The notes beneath the pieces are model-generated. The model did no database searches and was not told where the DNA came from. It worked only from the letters and a program-made list of their open reading frames with translations. The position numbers and the translations under genes are program-made. Below, one piece after another: positions 39,037-51,535 of a stretch of DNA of 64,000 nucleotides; position 1 is the first letter of the stretch, and each line of letters starts with the position of its first letter. Source of the stretch: Lama guanicoe (taxonomy: Eukaryota); the NCBI GenBank assembly GCA_013239625.1, contig MU054098.1:1737104-1801103 (forward strand), given 5' to 3'.

Positions 39037-39148
39037 GCTGAAAAACACCAGGTTAGGGAGCAGTATAATGTTGTGGTTAAAGGTGCAGGCTCTAGAATCA
39101 GACTCTGGAGCCAGTTATTCCTCAGTGTAGATTCTGTGTCCTAGAACT

Positions 39149-39310
39149 GAGCTGTCCAAAAAGAGTATTAATTAAGAATTCAATTCCACAGTCTCATGGA
39201 AGCCACATTTCAAGTGCTCAATAGCCACATGTGTCTAGTGGCTACTATACTGGGCAGTGCAGATATGGAACATCTCCATCATCACAGAAAGTTTTATTGG
39301 ACAGCAATGT
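39149..39310. mobile_element. MER3-like hAT MITE, preceded by a MIR head (39055-39135)
   Basis: gccacatttcaagtgctcaatagccacatgtgtctagtggctac...ttattggacagca. Confidence 0.8.
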
Positions 39311-39719
39311 GCTAAAAGCTCTTTTAATTGACCATTATTTAACTAGATTTCCATGTTAACTCTGTATTCCTCATTGTAAAACATATCAACTTATGTCCAA
39401 GACACACTGAAACTTACAGGTAACCATACATTTCTTCATTCTCCAATTTAACTGCTTGCTTATAAAAAGCCAGTTGTGTTTGTTCCCAAATTTGTGTATT
39501 CCAGTCTACTTATATTGCAATTAGGTAACCTAAATTTGTCAATAGATAAAATATGGAAAGGAAAACTCTCACTTCTATGTAAACTGAATTGAGTGCTTTA
39601 TTAAGAGATTAGAAGATATTAGAAGCAAAAACATTTAGACTTCTACACTAATGTCACTTCAAGAGCTCCACTTTAAAGAACCTGAAACTGAGAAGTCTTA
39701 GATTTTTTAAAGAAAGATG

Positions 39720-40500
39720 AAGCTGAATTCCAATAAATAGAACCATTTATTAAATGATGGATAAATAATCACACATGATATCCTAAGTAAATATAAATAT
39801 ATTTAGAGAGATAATCAGACATTGTATGCTTCCTAATGGAAGACAACACCACCACGAATTAAGTAAGTCTGGAAAAAAATCTGTAGATCCAATCAAGTCT
39901 CTAGATCCAATTGCCATTTTACAGGAAATACAGAGGACAAAGGAACTTGTTAAACTACACCATAGGAATGCAATCATCCAAGTCCATACTGTGGGAAATT
40001 CTACAAGACAAACAACACGAATTTTTCAACACACTGCAAAAAAAAGAAGAGAGATGGTGGGGTAACTTGTGGATTAAAAGAGACTTAAAAGAACAACAGA
40101 TCACAAGGTGTAGACCTTATTTGGATCCTAATTCATATATAGTATCTAAAATATTTACCATTCATGAGACAATTGGAAATCTTTATAATGACAGGATGTT
40201 TGACATTGTTAAAGGGATTGTTGGTAATAGTATAGGTGAAATAATTCTATTGTCATTATGTTTAAAAATGGTTCTGTTCTTTTAGAGATACATACCAAAA
40301 TATTTACAGATGAAATGATATGATGAATGGGACTTACTTAAATATGGAAGGGGGGCAGTGGCTGGAGGTATGGATGAAACACAATGGACTGATTATTATT
40401 GGGACTGAGTATTGAGTACATAGGGATTCATTATACTATTCTATCTACTTTGTACATTCTAAATTCTTCATAACACCAGGTTTAGAAAAGATAAAATAAA
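39720..40500 (+). mobile_element. L1MC4/5- or L1MD-type 3'UTR
   Basis: ttttagagatacataccaaaatatttacagatgaaatgatatgatg...gggattcattatactattctatctacttttgt. Confidence 0.7.
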
Positions 40501-40699
40501 GCATCTATCATTTTTCTCACAAAGTATTTCTATTGAGACTGAGTTCAAGAGCATCAAATGAGGAAAATGAAAACATAGTCAAATAATAAAGATTAAGAAA
40601 GTTATTGTAATTATTTTCCATAACATTCTCCTTTAATATCAAACCAAATTTGAAAAAAAATGTATGTCCCTGCTTCAAACACGGGCTGAAGGCACTACA

Positions 40700-40900
40700 G
40701 TCTGCCTACTGAGTATTCAGCACTAACTCTGGAATCAGCATTGATTCTAATTCCAGGTTTGCCACTAACTTGCATTACCCATGGACAAAGTTCTTATTGC
40801 CCATAAACCTCAGTTTCCTCATTTATGAAGTGGGAGTAAGGATAAAATTATGCAGCATAAAGTCAGTGTGAAGATTCAAGAAGATAACCCAACTTAACAT
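40700..40900 (+). mobile_element. MIR SINE
   Basis: aacctcagtttcctcatttatgaagtggg core. Confidence 0.7.
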
Positions 40901-42686
40901 GTTTAGCTTGTCTGCAGCAGGGCCTATACCAGGAACTAATAAGAGAATCACTATGGAAATTGCAAATGAGAACAATATGGAGTAGTTTTGAAGATTATAC
41001 CAATGAGTTTGGATTTGCTATTTTACATGAACCATAAACGTTCTAAGAACTTGAGTAAGAAAAAATGATGTTTGAGAAAATTGATTTAACTACTCTCTAT
41101 GTAGGATGGGCCCCATCGGGGAGAAATAGTACAGAAACCACTTAGTTGTTGCAATTTTTGTACAAAATCCTACACTTGTCTGGTGGCTATAGAAATGGAA
41201 AATAGTGGACATCCAGACATTACTGTGAAGAGATACTAAAGTTACAGATGCCAAGGTGTCCATCTGACTGCTGGATAGACTACTGATTATTGGGGAGCAC
41301 CATCTTCAAACTACTCACCCCAAATGGCTAAAGACACAGAAAGAAAGAGATGGAAAGAAAGGTGGAGGAAATAAAGTAGACCTGTCTCAGGTTTTTAAGA
41401 CGGTTGCCTATTTACTCACTTTATTCAGTGCTAACACTAAAAATGTTAGAGGCTTAATGCAGAACTGGATAAATGTGTAAGGTATCAACTGAGGTTTAAT
41501 ACAACCTGATTGCTTGAGACAGAGGTAAGTTTCAGGAAAATGTCCGATGCAGTTTTCCCGTTGATGCCTGAACAAATTTTTCTCTTGCCACTCTCAGCTT
41601 GCCTGTAACTCCCAGCTGTGAAGGTAGCTAATTGCTCACAAAGAGAACTACAAGAAAATCTGAAAGTCACAAATTTCACTGTTGCTCAACAAAATAGACT
41701 TTGCTTCCCAAGGAAGTAGCATTCTTTATAAAATTAAAATTTCTTAAGCAAACTTTCTCAGACCAGAGCAGTAAGAAATACATTTAAGACTCTCATTCCT
41801 TCCTAACTGTAATTATCCCCAATGTTATTTTTCACTGAAAAACTGAGCAATATTTTAGCTTTTCTGAGACCATAGAGCCAGTCTTATAATGTTCAACTGG
41901 GTAGCTCAGAGGTTTCCCTCAGGCTACTTCACTGCTTCCCCTGATCAGCTAATTAAAATGAAGCTCTAAAAAGACAAGCTTTCCACATCTTGACTCCCAA
42001 GAGAAGACAGCCAGAGATTGGGTGTTCAGTCCCTGCCAACCTTCCTGTCTTTAGGTGATTGGAACAGACCACTTACATTTGTATTACCAGTATACCTCTT
42101 TTCAACAGAAGGTCTATTAATCCTGAAAGTGTCATGGGGCTTGATTTTTACTGATTTCTTTGAGTAAAATAAATTCTGGAGGCATTAAGCACTCTTACAT
42201 GACAGAAAAAGACTGAAGTACACAACAATAGAAAAAGAACGCTTGATTTTGTTGAAAGGACTATAGCCTTTAAAATGAAGGATTTAGAGCTTACAAAACG
42301 TCTCCTCTCAAATGCCCTTCTTTTTGTATTTGATCACTTTCTCAGCTGTGTACATTTACAACATATTCAAGTGTAAACCAGATCACCAAAACAATGAATC
42401 CATTCACAATTCATAGACTGTCCACATCCATGAAAAAAAAATCCCCTATTGCCAATAATAAATAGGAACAGTCTCTGTATTACTACGAATTCCATAAGGA
42501 AATATTCTCAGAGGTTGCTTTCTGACCTCTTTTTTAAAAACAGTAACACTTCATTAATTTATCTATTTAGGCTTCTGGGAAACTTACTATCACTTCATCA
42601 CTTTAGTCTTGCAAATTCTACCCCCAAGTAGTTTGTTTTGTTTTGTTTTTAATGCATCAAATACATAACCCTGCTATGCGAACATA

Positions 42687-42705
42687 CTGACACCAGGTGG
42701 CAGTT
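42687..42705 (+). promoter_or_regulatory. Candidate CTCF binding site
   Basis: ctgacaccaggtggcagtt matches the CTCF core CCASYAGRKGGCRS at most positions. Confidence 0.55.
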
Positions 42706-42807
42706 GTATGACATGGCCCCCAAGGTTTGAGCTATAAGCTGTAAACTGAGACTTGTTTGAGTGAGATAAAGAGACATTCTGGTGTAGTCTGTTCACATCA
42801 AGAGCAT

Positions 42808-42967
42808 ATGAAAAAGAATATATAGATTCAGTTATATACAGTATATATATTCAATTATATATAATATATATATACAGTATATATATTCAGTTATATATAG
42901 ATAACTGAATCACTATACTGTACACCAGAAACTAACACAACATTGTAAATCAACTACACTTCAAAAA
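42808..42967 (+). mobile_element. Very short young L1 3' end with expanded TA-rich repeat
   Basis: ataactgaatcactatactgtacaccagaaactaacacaacattgtaaatcaac; flanking repeat agcatat on both sides. Confidence 0.8.
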
Positions 42968-43499
42968 GAAAGCATATTATAAACTTTAATAGCTAAATCT
43001 TAAAATAACACTTTACAGCAAATGTCAAAGAACTGAACTCCAGGTTTATTCATCATCTCTCAAAAGTCATCCATCATCTCACAACTTACTTTGCTCCAAC
43101 AGCCAACCATATACTGGTGTTTGATTAGAATGCTAATCCTCATATCTATTATCACTTGCACTTAACTGTCCTTCTTGATTTCTTTTAATCTTCAACTTAG
43201 GATTGTTTTGCACCCTCGTATTGACTTAGTCAAGCATGATATAGCCACCTTACCTGGCTCTCCCAACTAATTAAAGGAACAAAGATTCTTGTGGTCTCTT
43301 CATCTCCCTGCAGCTTTCTGGATCTCTCATTTGTTCTCCCTGTATTCCTCTTTACTTAAAGAGACATAATTTACTCTCCACAGTTCTTAGATGGCTTCTC
43401 TTCATGTTCATCCCTGATTTTTAAAATCAGTTTTGTTTTTCTTCTTGTGAAGAATTTACTCTGCTCCATTACTGGAGCTAACTGAAGCTTAGCAAAAAC

Positions 43500-44385
43500 A
43501 GTGATTAAAAGTAGGCAAACAACCCAATTAGAAAATAGGTGAAGGATTTGAACAGATATTTCTCCAAAAAGAATACAAATGGCCAATAAGCACATGAAAA
43601 GATGCTCAACATCCTTAGTCATTAGAGAAATGCAAATTGAAACCACAATGAGATACCACTTCACATTCATAAGGCTGGCTATAATTTTTTTTTAATGAGA
43701 AATAAGCCTTGTAAAGGATGTGGAGAAATTAGAACTCATGCATAGCTGCTGGGAATGTAAAATGGTGCAACCACTGTAGAAAATAGTTTGGCAGTTTCTC
43801 AGAAAGTTAAACAGAATTACCATATGATCCAGCAATTCCACTCCTAGGTTTATACTCCACAAAAATTGAGAGCAGGGACTCAGATACTTGTACACACATT
43901 TTTATAGCAGCATTATTCATAATAGCCAAAAGGTGAAAGAACCCAAGTTTCCCTCAACAGTTGAATAAATAAATAAAATAAGGTGTGTGTGTGTGTGTAT
44001 CATATATGTGGAATATTATTGAGCCATAAAAGGAATGAAATTCTGATACATGCTACAACATGGATGAATCTTGAAGACACTATGCTAAGTGAAATAAACT
44101 AGACATAAAAGGACAAGTGCTGTATGATTCCATTTATATAAGGCACCTAGAGTTGTCAAAATTCACAGAGGCAGAGAGTACACTGGTAGTTGTCAGGGGC
44201 TGAGGGAGGGAGAATGAGGAGTTATAGTTAAATAAAGTTTCAGTTTGGGAAGATGAAAAAGTCTAGAAATAAATGGTGGTGACGGTAAGGCAACAATGTG
44301 AATGTACCATAGAACTGTATACTTAAAAATGGTTACAATGGTAAGTTTCATTTCGTGTATATTTTACCACAATAAAAATTTATTT
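43500..44385 (+). mobile_element. L1MB-type 3' end
   Basis: ORF2 C-terminus plus aaaaatggttacaatggtaagtttcatttcgtgtatattttaccacaataaaaa. Confidence 0.85.
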
Positions 44386-44964
44386 TTTAAAAATGCCCTT
44401 CTACCACCTACTGATAATGGAAGCCTAAATAGAAATTGTCTCAATTTAAAGAACAATAGGCCATCAAATGGAAAATTTTCAATAAAGGAAAAAAAAGCAA
44501 AAATGTACCTGGCTGTATCACAAATCCATTAATTCAGAGCTTGAGATCATTCAACCCAGGTTAGTCCAATGTTGACATTTAAGTGTCTAGTAAACCATTT
44601 CTTTTCATCAATGTAAACAAGAGATAGAATTAATCAATTTAAGAATAATTTATAAGTCTTGTAGCACATTTATAGTCTACATGGAGAAGAATGCCACTAA
44701 TTATAGTGCTTGCCCCACTGCTGAATTTTCCATAAATGCCAGTATTTAGGGTTGTTTATTATGCAATATACCTTTATTTATCCTGTGCATATTTCTCATT
44801 TATATGAAACTTTTGTTGTTTCTCTGGCATGATAGAATATCTCTTACCTCTCTGATAATTGCCTAACCACTGCGGAGGAACCAGTGTACCCTCTTCCTCA
44901 GTCCCAACTTCTCTGGCCCATCTCCCAGGCAGAGGAAAGAACCTGAATTATCTGCACATCATGA

Positions 44965-45220
44965 ATATTGTATTAATATTGCCTACTACTGTTCAGGCAC
45001 CTAGTTTATGACAGCACTGTGCTAGTGTTATTTCTAATTCTAAAAACCCTGGGATATAGATATCGGTATCTCTAGTTCAGAGATTGGGGAACTGAGGTGA
45101 TAATAGTGATGTGCCTTTGATTAAGATCACACCGCTATAAAGTGGTACAGACAGGTTTCTAACACAAAAGCCTCTTAGCACCAAAGCCTGTGTGCGGCCT
45201 TTCTGATACTGTACTGCCTA
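44965..45220 (-). mobile_element. MIR SINE
   Basis: cagagattggggaactgagg core; aagatcacaccgctataaagtggtacag. Confidence 0.7.
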
Positions 45221-47619
45221 CAGAACACTGACTTGTTACAATCAGACAAGGTATATATGAGGCTTTGTGCTAGTCCTGAAGGAACAAAGATGCATTTCTT
45301 GGGAAAGAATGTACAATTTGAGCTTTACCCTTCAAGTGGCCTTGCTCTTTTCTTCTTTTCCTTTCCTGATTTAGTGCAGTGTGACTGTGAAAGCCTTATA
45401 GCTCAAAGGTCCCTCTGCATCTGTAATCTTTAGTTCCCAGGTTAATGTTAGTGTGTCTCAGGGGACAGTTTTCTTCCTGACGACTTTGGCAGGAAAAGAA
45501 GTTAACCCCCACGTCAACCCAGTCTGTACACAATACCAAAACATGAGAGGGCCTCTGTTTTTGCTTCAAATATCTCTTTATGTAAATCCCCAGAGCCCAG
45601 CCAAGGCAGCTTACAGGGTAAAGCAAATGTCTTCTATGACTGCAGAGAAGCAAAGTGTCCAGGAAGCTAGGGATCTCTGAGGCTATCCTCAGCCCTGTTG
45701 TCAATGAACAAGCAAAGGAATCAAGAACAGATAAGGAATAAGCAGATAAGGGAATTTCCAGTTTGGTCTAAAACAAACTAACAAAGATGTTTGCAGAAAA
45801 AATAACCTTTGGATGTCTAAAAGGCTAGCCTTTGACAAAATCGTGGAAGAGGTTGTCTGTATTGTCTTTCACTTCCTCTGCACTCACCTCTCTTCCTATC
45901 ATCTTACTCCTCCCTAAGTAGCACCACAGCTAATAAATACTTGTTGAATAAATGCATGTCCAAGCCTTCTGTGGTGGGGCTGCCTCCTCTCTGCCAGCTC
46001 CTTAACATATTTCATGTTCCATAGCACCCTCCCTATTCAAATTAAAACTTGTTCTTTCTTTTAACTTTTTCTCATTTAGGAGCACTAATTAAACTCACTT
46101 GGTCAATTTCCCTAGCAAAGATGTTGATGTCTAGTCGTGATTTAATGCATTACCCCTACCAGATTACACACTTGCATTTTGATAGGTTTTTCAAAACCCT
46201 AGAGCTATCTTTCCCCCTAAGCTATCTCTTCTCCTTCTCCCACTTGTGAGCCTATGAATTCCATCATGGTGTTTCTACAACCTCTCCAACAACAGCAACA
46301 AGAAACTTTTGACTGTAGCAGATAAAGAACTAATGGGTGTAAGAGATGTGGCATTTGTTTGTACACATTAATGGAGCATTGCTGATAAGCCTAGTACTCC
46401 CTGACTTGAAGGGACTTACAGTTTAGCTGGGGAGACAAAATTAATACATATGAAAAGGCAAACAACATATCCAAAATATGATGGCCTTCCTGGATTTAAT
46501 TATCTGGAATACCTGCTGACTCCAGTGATCTGACACTAGCAGAGGTAGGAGGGCAGAGAGAAAGCAGTATCCTCAGAGTACGTGACAACAGTAATTAAAT
46601 GGTGGAAGGTAAATAAAGCAATGACAGGGTCACAAATACATTGTGAAAATAAGGCCACAGCCCCAGCATATACACTCATCGATCCCAATCTGTGCTAGAT
46701 TGTTCCAGTGGTGAGAGTACAGGCTCTGGAGGACACATGGATGAAATGCTGTTTGGTAAAAACTTACTGAAAACTGCCTTTCTTCATTTCCCAGTGAACA
46801 CATTGAAAATACAATTGATGGCTTTTTAATTAATCCTGTGTCTAATATCCAGATGGTAAGTTCAGCAATTGCACAAAACAATTTCCTTTAGGTTTAAGTT
46901 CTAAAATCAGGACTTAGGAATTGAATTTTCAAAAAGACATAAAAGCAGTACTTAGAGCAGTGGTTCTCAATCACGGCCAAAGGGGTTGGAAATTACTGGA
47001 GAAAGGGCACTTAAAAAGAATTATCTATAGTGTTTTTCTTTCTCTCTCCAAACTGCGGGCATAGAAAGAACAGCTGCATGCAGCCACCTAAATACGGAAA
47101 TGACAGTAAAATCATTCAAATTATCTATTCTCATCAAATAACTTGAATTTCTGTCAAATTTAGGCTGAATATTTATTTCCATAGTACTTTCCTCTTTTTG
47201 TACACCTTACAGCACCAAGTGTAATGCCATTCATTTGAAGAAAAATATCAACATTTACTTTCCCACTGATTGGTTTGTTCTGGGAGAGATCCCAACCTTT
47301 GGGGAAAATTTCAGTTTAAATTTTCCTAACTCCAAGCTTTGTTTCAGAAAGCTGTCTCTGAACTGACTTTGCTGTGTTTACTAAGAGGTTCACTGAATGT
47401 AAACCACAGTTCCCATTAGATGAAGATAAGATATTGATAAGAAAGGAAGGGTATAAGATTGGAGTAGGTTTTCCTGGAAGAGTAAAGGAAAGGGAAAACA
47501 AAAAGACGAGTGAGGTAACAAGCTCTTCCTCCCCCCCATGAACAGACATACGATGTGACTAGTAAAATGTATAGGATTTTAAACGTGGTTTATATTGCGT
47601 GCCCTTGACATATTCCAAA

Positions 47620-47850
47620 GTTAGTTGTAGAGCTTCTCATTAAAGCCTTCCTCTGAGCCTATCAGTTAATCGCAGCCTTTCCTCATACCACCCACCCCCA
47701 AACTCTATACCGTTTCCCTTCTGTATTTCCCGCCACAGCATTTATCAATACATACTTTGTAAAACATATGTACTTATTTGTTGGTTTATTACCTGTCTGC
47801 CCACTAGGATGTAACTTACAAAGGTCATGTTTGTCAAATTAACCACTGTT
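47620..47850 (+). mobile_element. L2 3' fragment
   Basis: ttggtttattacctgtctgcccactaggatgtaac. Confidence 0.6.
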
Positions 47851-48575
47851 AAAACATAATCTCCTCAAAATGACAAAATAATGACTCTCACACAAAAAGA
47901 AAAATAAATATATGTTAAAATTATGTAATTCACTAATAAGGAAACTAGTAAAGTTTTACAACCAGTTGAAAGGAGAATCCAAAGAACAGACACGTTTATA
48001 GATCAGGAATATTGAAATAAATGTGCAAATAGAGGCAAAACTGGTTTTTCCGCGGGGGAGGGGGGGAAGAATTATCCCTTCATCTGAGAGAATTAGATTT
48101 GTTTGTCTATAGACAAACATTATTGTCTGTAGACAAGAATTCTTTTGCATTGCTTTCAGTTATCTCCAGTCTACAGAGCTGCAAAAATTGCTGCCATCCA
48201 AGCAGGATTAAATAAGCCTGAAGGTGTGCTATGGACAATGCATAGTTTTCCACTAAAACACAGAATTCTCCCTACACCCCAACAGTGCTTAGCACACAAG
48301 ACGCTTTAGAGGGCAGCATGAGAGCCAGTTTAACCAACATGAACAGAATTCTCCAAATCAGAAACATGTTCATCATTCCTGATTGCTCTCTTTCGTGCTA
48401 TCCTCCCTCCCTATCCAATCAGTCACCGCATCCTGCCATTTCTATCATCTAAAAATATTTATTTTCCTGCATGAAAAAAAATCTGTTCTAATATATAATC
48501 TCATGCTAAAACCCACTGCCCTCAGAATAAACTCTGAAGTAATTTAGAACTTAAGGCCCTTTAACCACTGGGTAC

Positions 48576-48736
48576 CTGTAACAAAGGAGAAGTGTGTTCA
48601 ATATCTTGTAGTAATCTATAATGAAAAAGAACATGAAAATAAATATATATATAAATGTATATGTATGACTGGAACATTATGCTGTACACCGGAAAATGAC
48701 ACAATATTGTAAAGTTACTATACTTCAATAAAAAAA
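48576..48736 (+). mobile_element. Short young L1 3' end
   Basis: gttcaatatcttgtagtaatctataatgaaaaag...tgactggaacattatgctgtacacc...tacttcaataaaaaaa. Confidence 0.82.
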
Positions 48737-49680
48737 CGGACAGAGGACCTGAATACACATTTTTTCCAAAGAAGACATTCAAATGGCCAAGAGACACATG
48801 AAAAGATGCTCATCATCACTAATCATCAGGGAAATGCAAATCAAAGCCACAATGAGACACCACCTCACACTTGTCAGACAATGGCTACGATCAAAAAGAT
48901 AGTAAGTAATAAGTGTTGGTAATGATGTGGAGGAAAGGAAGCCTTTGTGCACTGTTGGTAGAATTGTGAAATTGGTGCAGCCACTATGGAAAACATAAGG
49001 AGGTTTCTCAAAAAATAAAAATAAAAATAAAAATAGAACTACCATGTGATCCAGCAATTTCACTTCTGGGTATTTACCCAAAGAAACACTAATTCAAAAA
49101 GATATATGGACCCCAGTGTTCCTAGCAGCATTATTTACAATTGCCAAGATATGGAAGCAACCTAAGTGTCCATAAGTATCTGAATGGATAAAGAAGATGT
49201 GGTGTATATATACAGTGGAATAGTACTCAGCCACAAAATGAAACATTTCAATTTACAGCAAAATGGATGGATCTAGAGGGTCCGTGCTAAGTAAAATAAG
49301 TCAGAGAAAGACAAAACAGTTTATTATCTCACTTATATGTGGAATTTAAAAAACAAATCAATCAACCAACCAAAATTAAAATACTTATAGATGCAGAGAA
49401 CAAACAGGTGGTTGCTGGGGGGTGGGTGTAGTTTTGGGGAAAATAAGTGAAAGGGATTAAGAGGTACAAACCTCCAGTTATATAATGAATAAGTCACAGG
49501 GATGTAATATACAGAATAAGGAGTATGGTCAATAATATTATAATAATTTTGCATGGGGATAGATAATTACTAGATTTATGTGGATGATCATGTATGTACA
49601 TGTTAAATCACTATATAGGACATCTGAAACTAACATAATATTGTACATCAACAATATTTCAATAAATAAATAAATAAATA
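48737..49680 (+). mobile_element. L1MA9-like 3' end with (TAAA)n tail
   Basis: ORF2 C-terminus; aataagtcacagggatgtaatatacagaataaggagtatggtcaataat. Confidence 0.85.
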
Positions 49681-51535
49681 CATAGAAGTGTGCAGAAAGG
49701 CCATAGACAAATCACCAATTTAGCATAGTTGCTGGCACATAATGGATGCTCAGTAACTGTTTGATAAGTGAGAACTGGATGTCTGATAAAGTTCATTTAT
49801 AGAAACCCCCACAAGTCATGGGCACAGAGCAACAGAGTTATTCAAAGCAGATCCTATAAAACTCATCTTCCCCCTGAATGTTTTTTTCTGATTATAGTTA
49901 TAATTTATCCTATAAATATACCTTCTTTTATCATTTCCATTTGAAACTCATATCTGATTAAAAAAATAAATAATACTTGGATTCTATGAAAAGTTTTACC
50001 CTGAATTTAAGGTACAAGAGCATTAAAATTATAGTTAAATTCTCCAGTCTGACAGTCTTACCTAATTATATGCACCACTTTCATGCCCAAGGGAGCCTCT
50101 GGATGGTACCGCCAAGGCTCAGATTGTTGCAATAAAAATTAAAAGCCAACATAATAGTTCTGTAGATGAAGAAATTGTTTCTAAATTAACTGGAGCTGGC
50201 TGGAACGGATGGCCTCTCTACCTTCACTATGTTTTGTGGTATTTTATTCTCTTTTAAGGGAGGCTGATGTCTAAAGAAAGCTTCAGAATCAAAGGCTAAG
50301 GTGCAGCTTGGCTCTGTGGCTGTTCTCTCCAAGAGCTCATGTTTTCTGTCAGCAGCAGTTCCTTATAGGTACCGTGTACAAGAGCTCACCAGGAAAAGAA
50401 AATGTCAGTTCAAAATTTACTTCCCAGATTCCCATCACTATGAATTATTTTAGTGAAATGCAGTAATTCACAGTTAGCAAAATAGAATGTTTAAGAAATA
50501 ACAGAAAGCACTGTAAGTAGAACCCTTTTAAAATGCAGGGAGTGAGAGTAAGCCTTACAAAAACTGTGAGGTAAAATTAAATTTGCTTTGGTATCCTTCT
50601 AGCCTTCCCTTCATCGCCTTATCCCTAAAGAAACTCCTCCTACTTCCCCGCTAGGTTTCCAGGGTCCATCACATAGCAGCCATAAGACAGGTCTGCCCTC
50701 CTTGGGCACTATCCTGTCCTTGGTCTTCAATCTACCCTTATCCCAACTAAACTGACCTGTTATGGGCCTCTCAATGAACTTTCATGCTAGGAAATACCTA
50801 ATAAACTCTATTAATAAGATGTAATTCATTTATTAAATTATGTAATTCTCTTATGAAAAACAGTTGTATTTTACTATTCCTGAAATCAAAGATGCATACC
50901 AAAGGTAAAAGTTCAGGCATCATGAACAAAATTCTATTTGGGGGGCTAGAATACTTCTAAGTGTTCCTCAAAATGTAAGGGATAGCCTACTCATTAGAAC
51001 AGCCTACGATTAACAACTACATTATGCTATACTTGCTATGAATTTGTCTTATCATCTGTCTTATTCTTTTAAAATTCAAGTGCAAGGGAAAAATCCTGTT
51101 AATTGAAGGTTCAGGTTAGTTAGATTCAAGTCAATCAAGGTTTTACTCTAATAGAATGTACATAATGTGGTGACTTTCAGCCGTAAAAAAATTTTTCGGA
51201 CTAATCAGTTCAATTAGACCGTAATATTGATTTAATGACTTGTTGGAATGGGTCACATTAATTGAACTAAACTGTGTTGTTTACAAGAGCAGCTGGCAGT
51301 GAAAATAATGTGTCCTGGTAGACAATGCAGCTCATTTTACTTATTGCTTTAAACTGACTTGCAGGAACTCCATTTTGAATATACATTATTTTTCATTTTA
51401 TTTTATTTTGTATTTGTACACTTTTTTATATATCTTAAGGTGAGCTGATTTCAAGTGGAAAACTAGCATAATAAACAAAAAGGTGACAGGGTAAATAAAA
51501 ACTTTTAATCTTGATCACTCCAAATGTTTAGGTTT

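Noticed and set aside
45396..45704. Overlapping 75-aa and 102-aa ORFs
   Set aside because: No recognisable homology or convincing splice boundaries.
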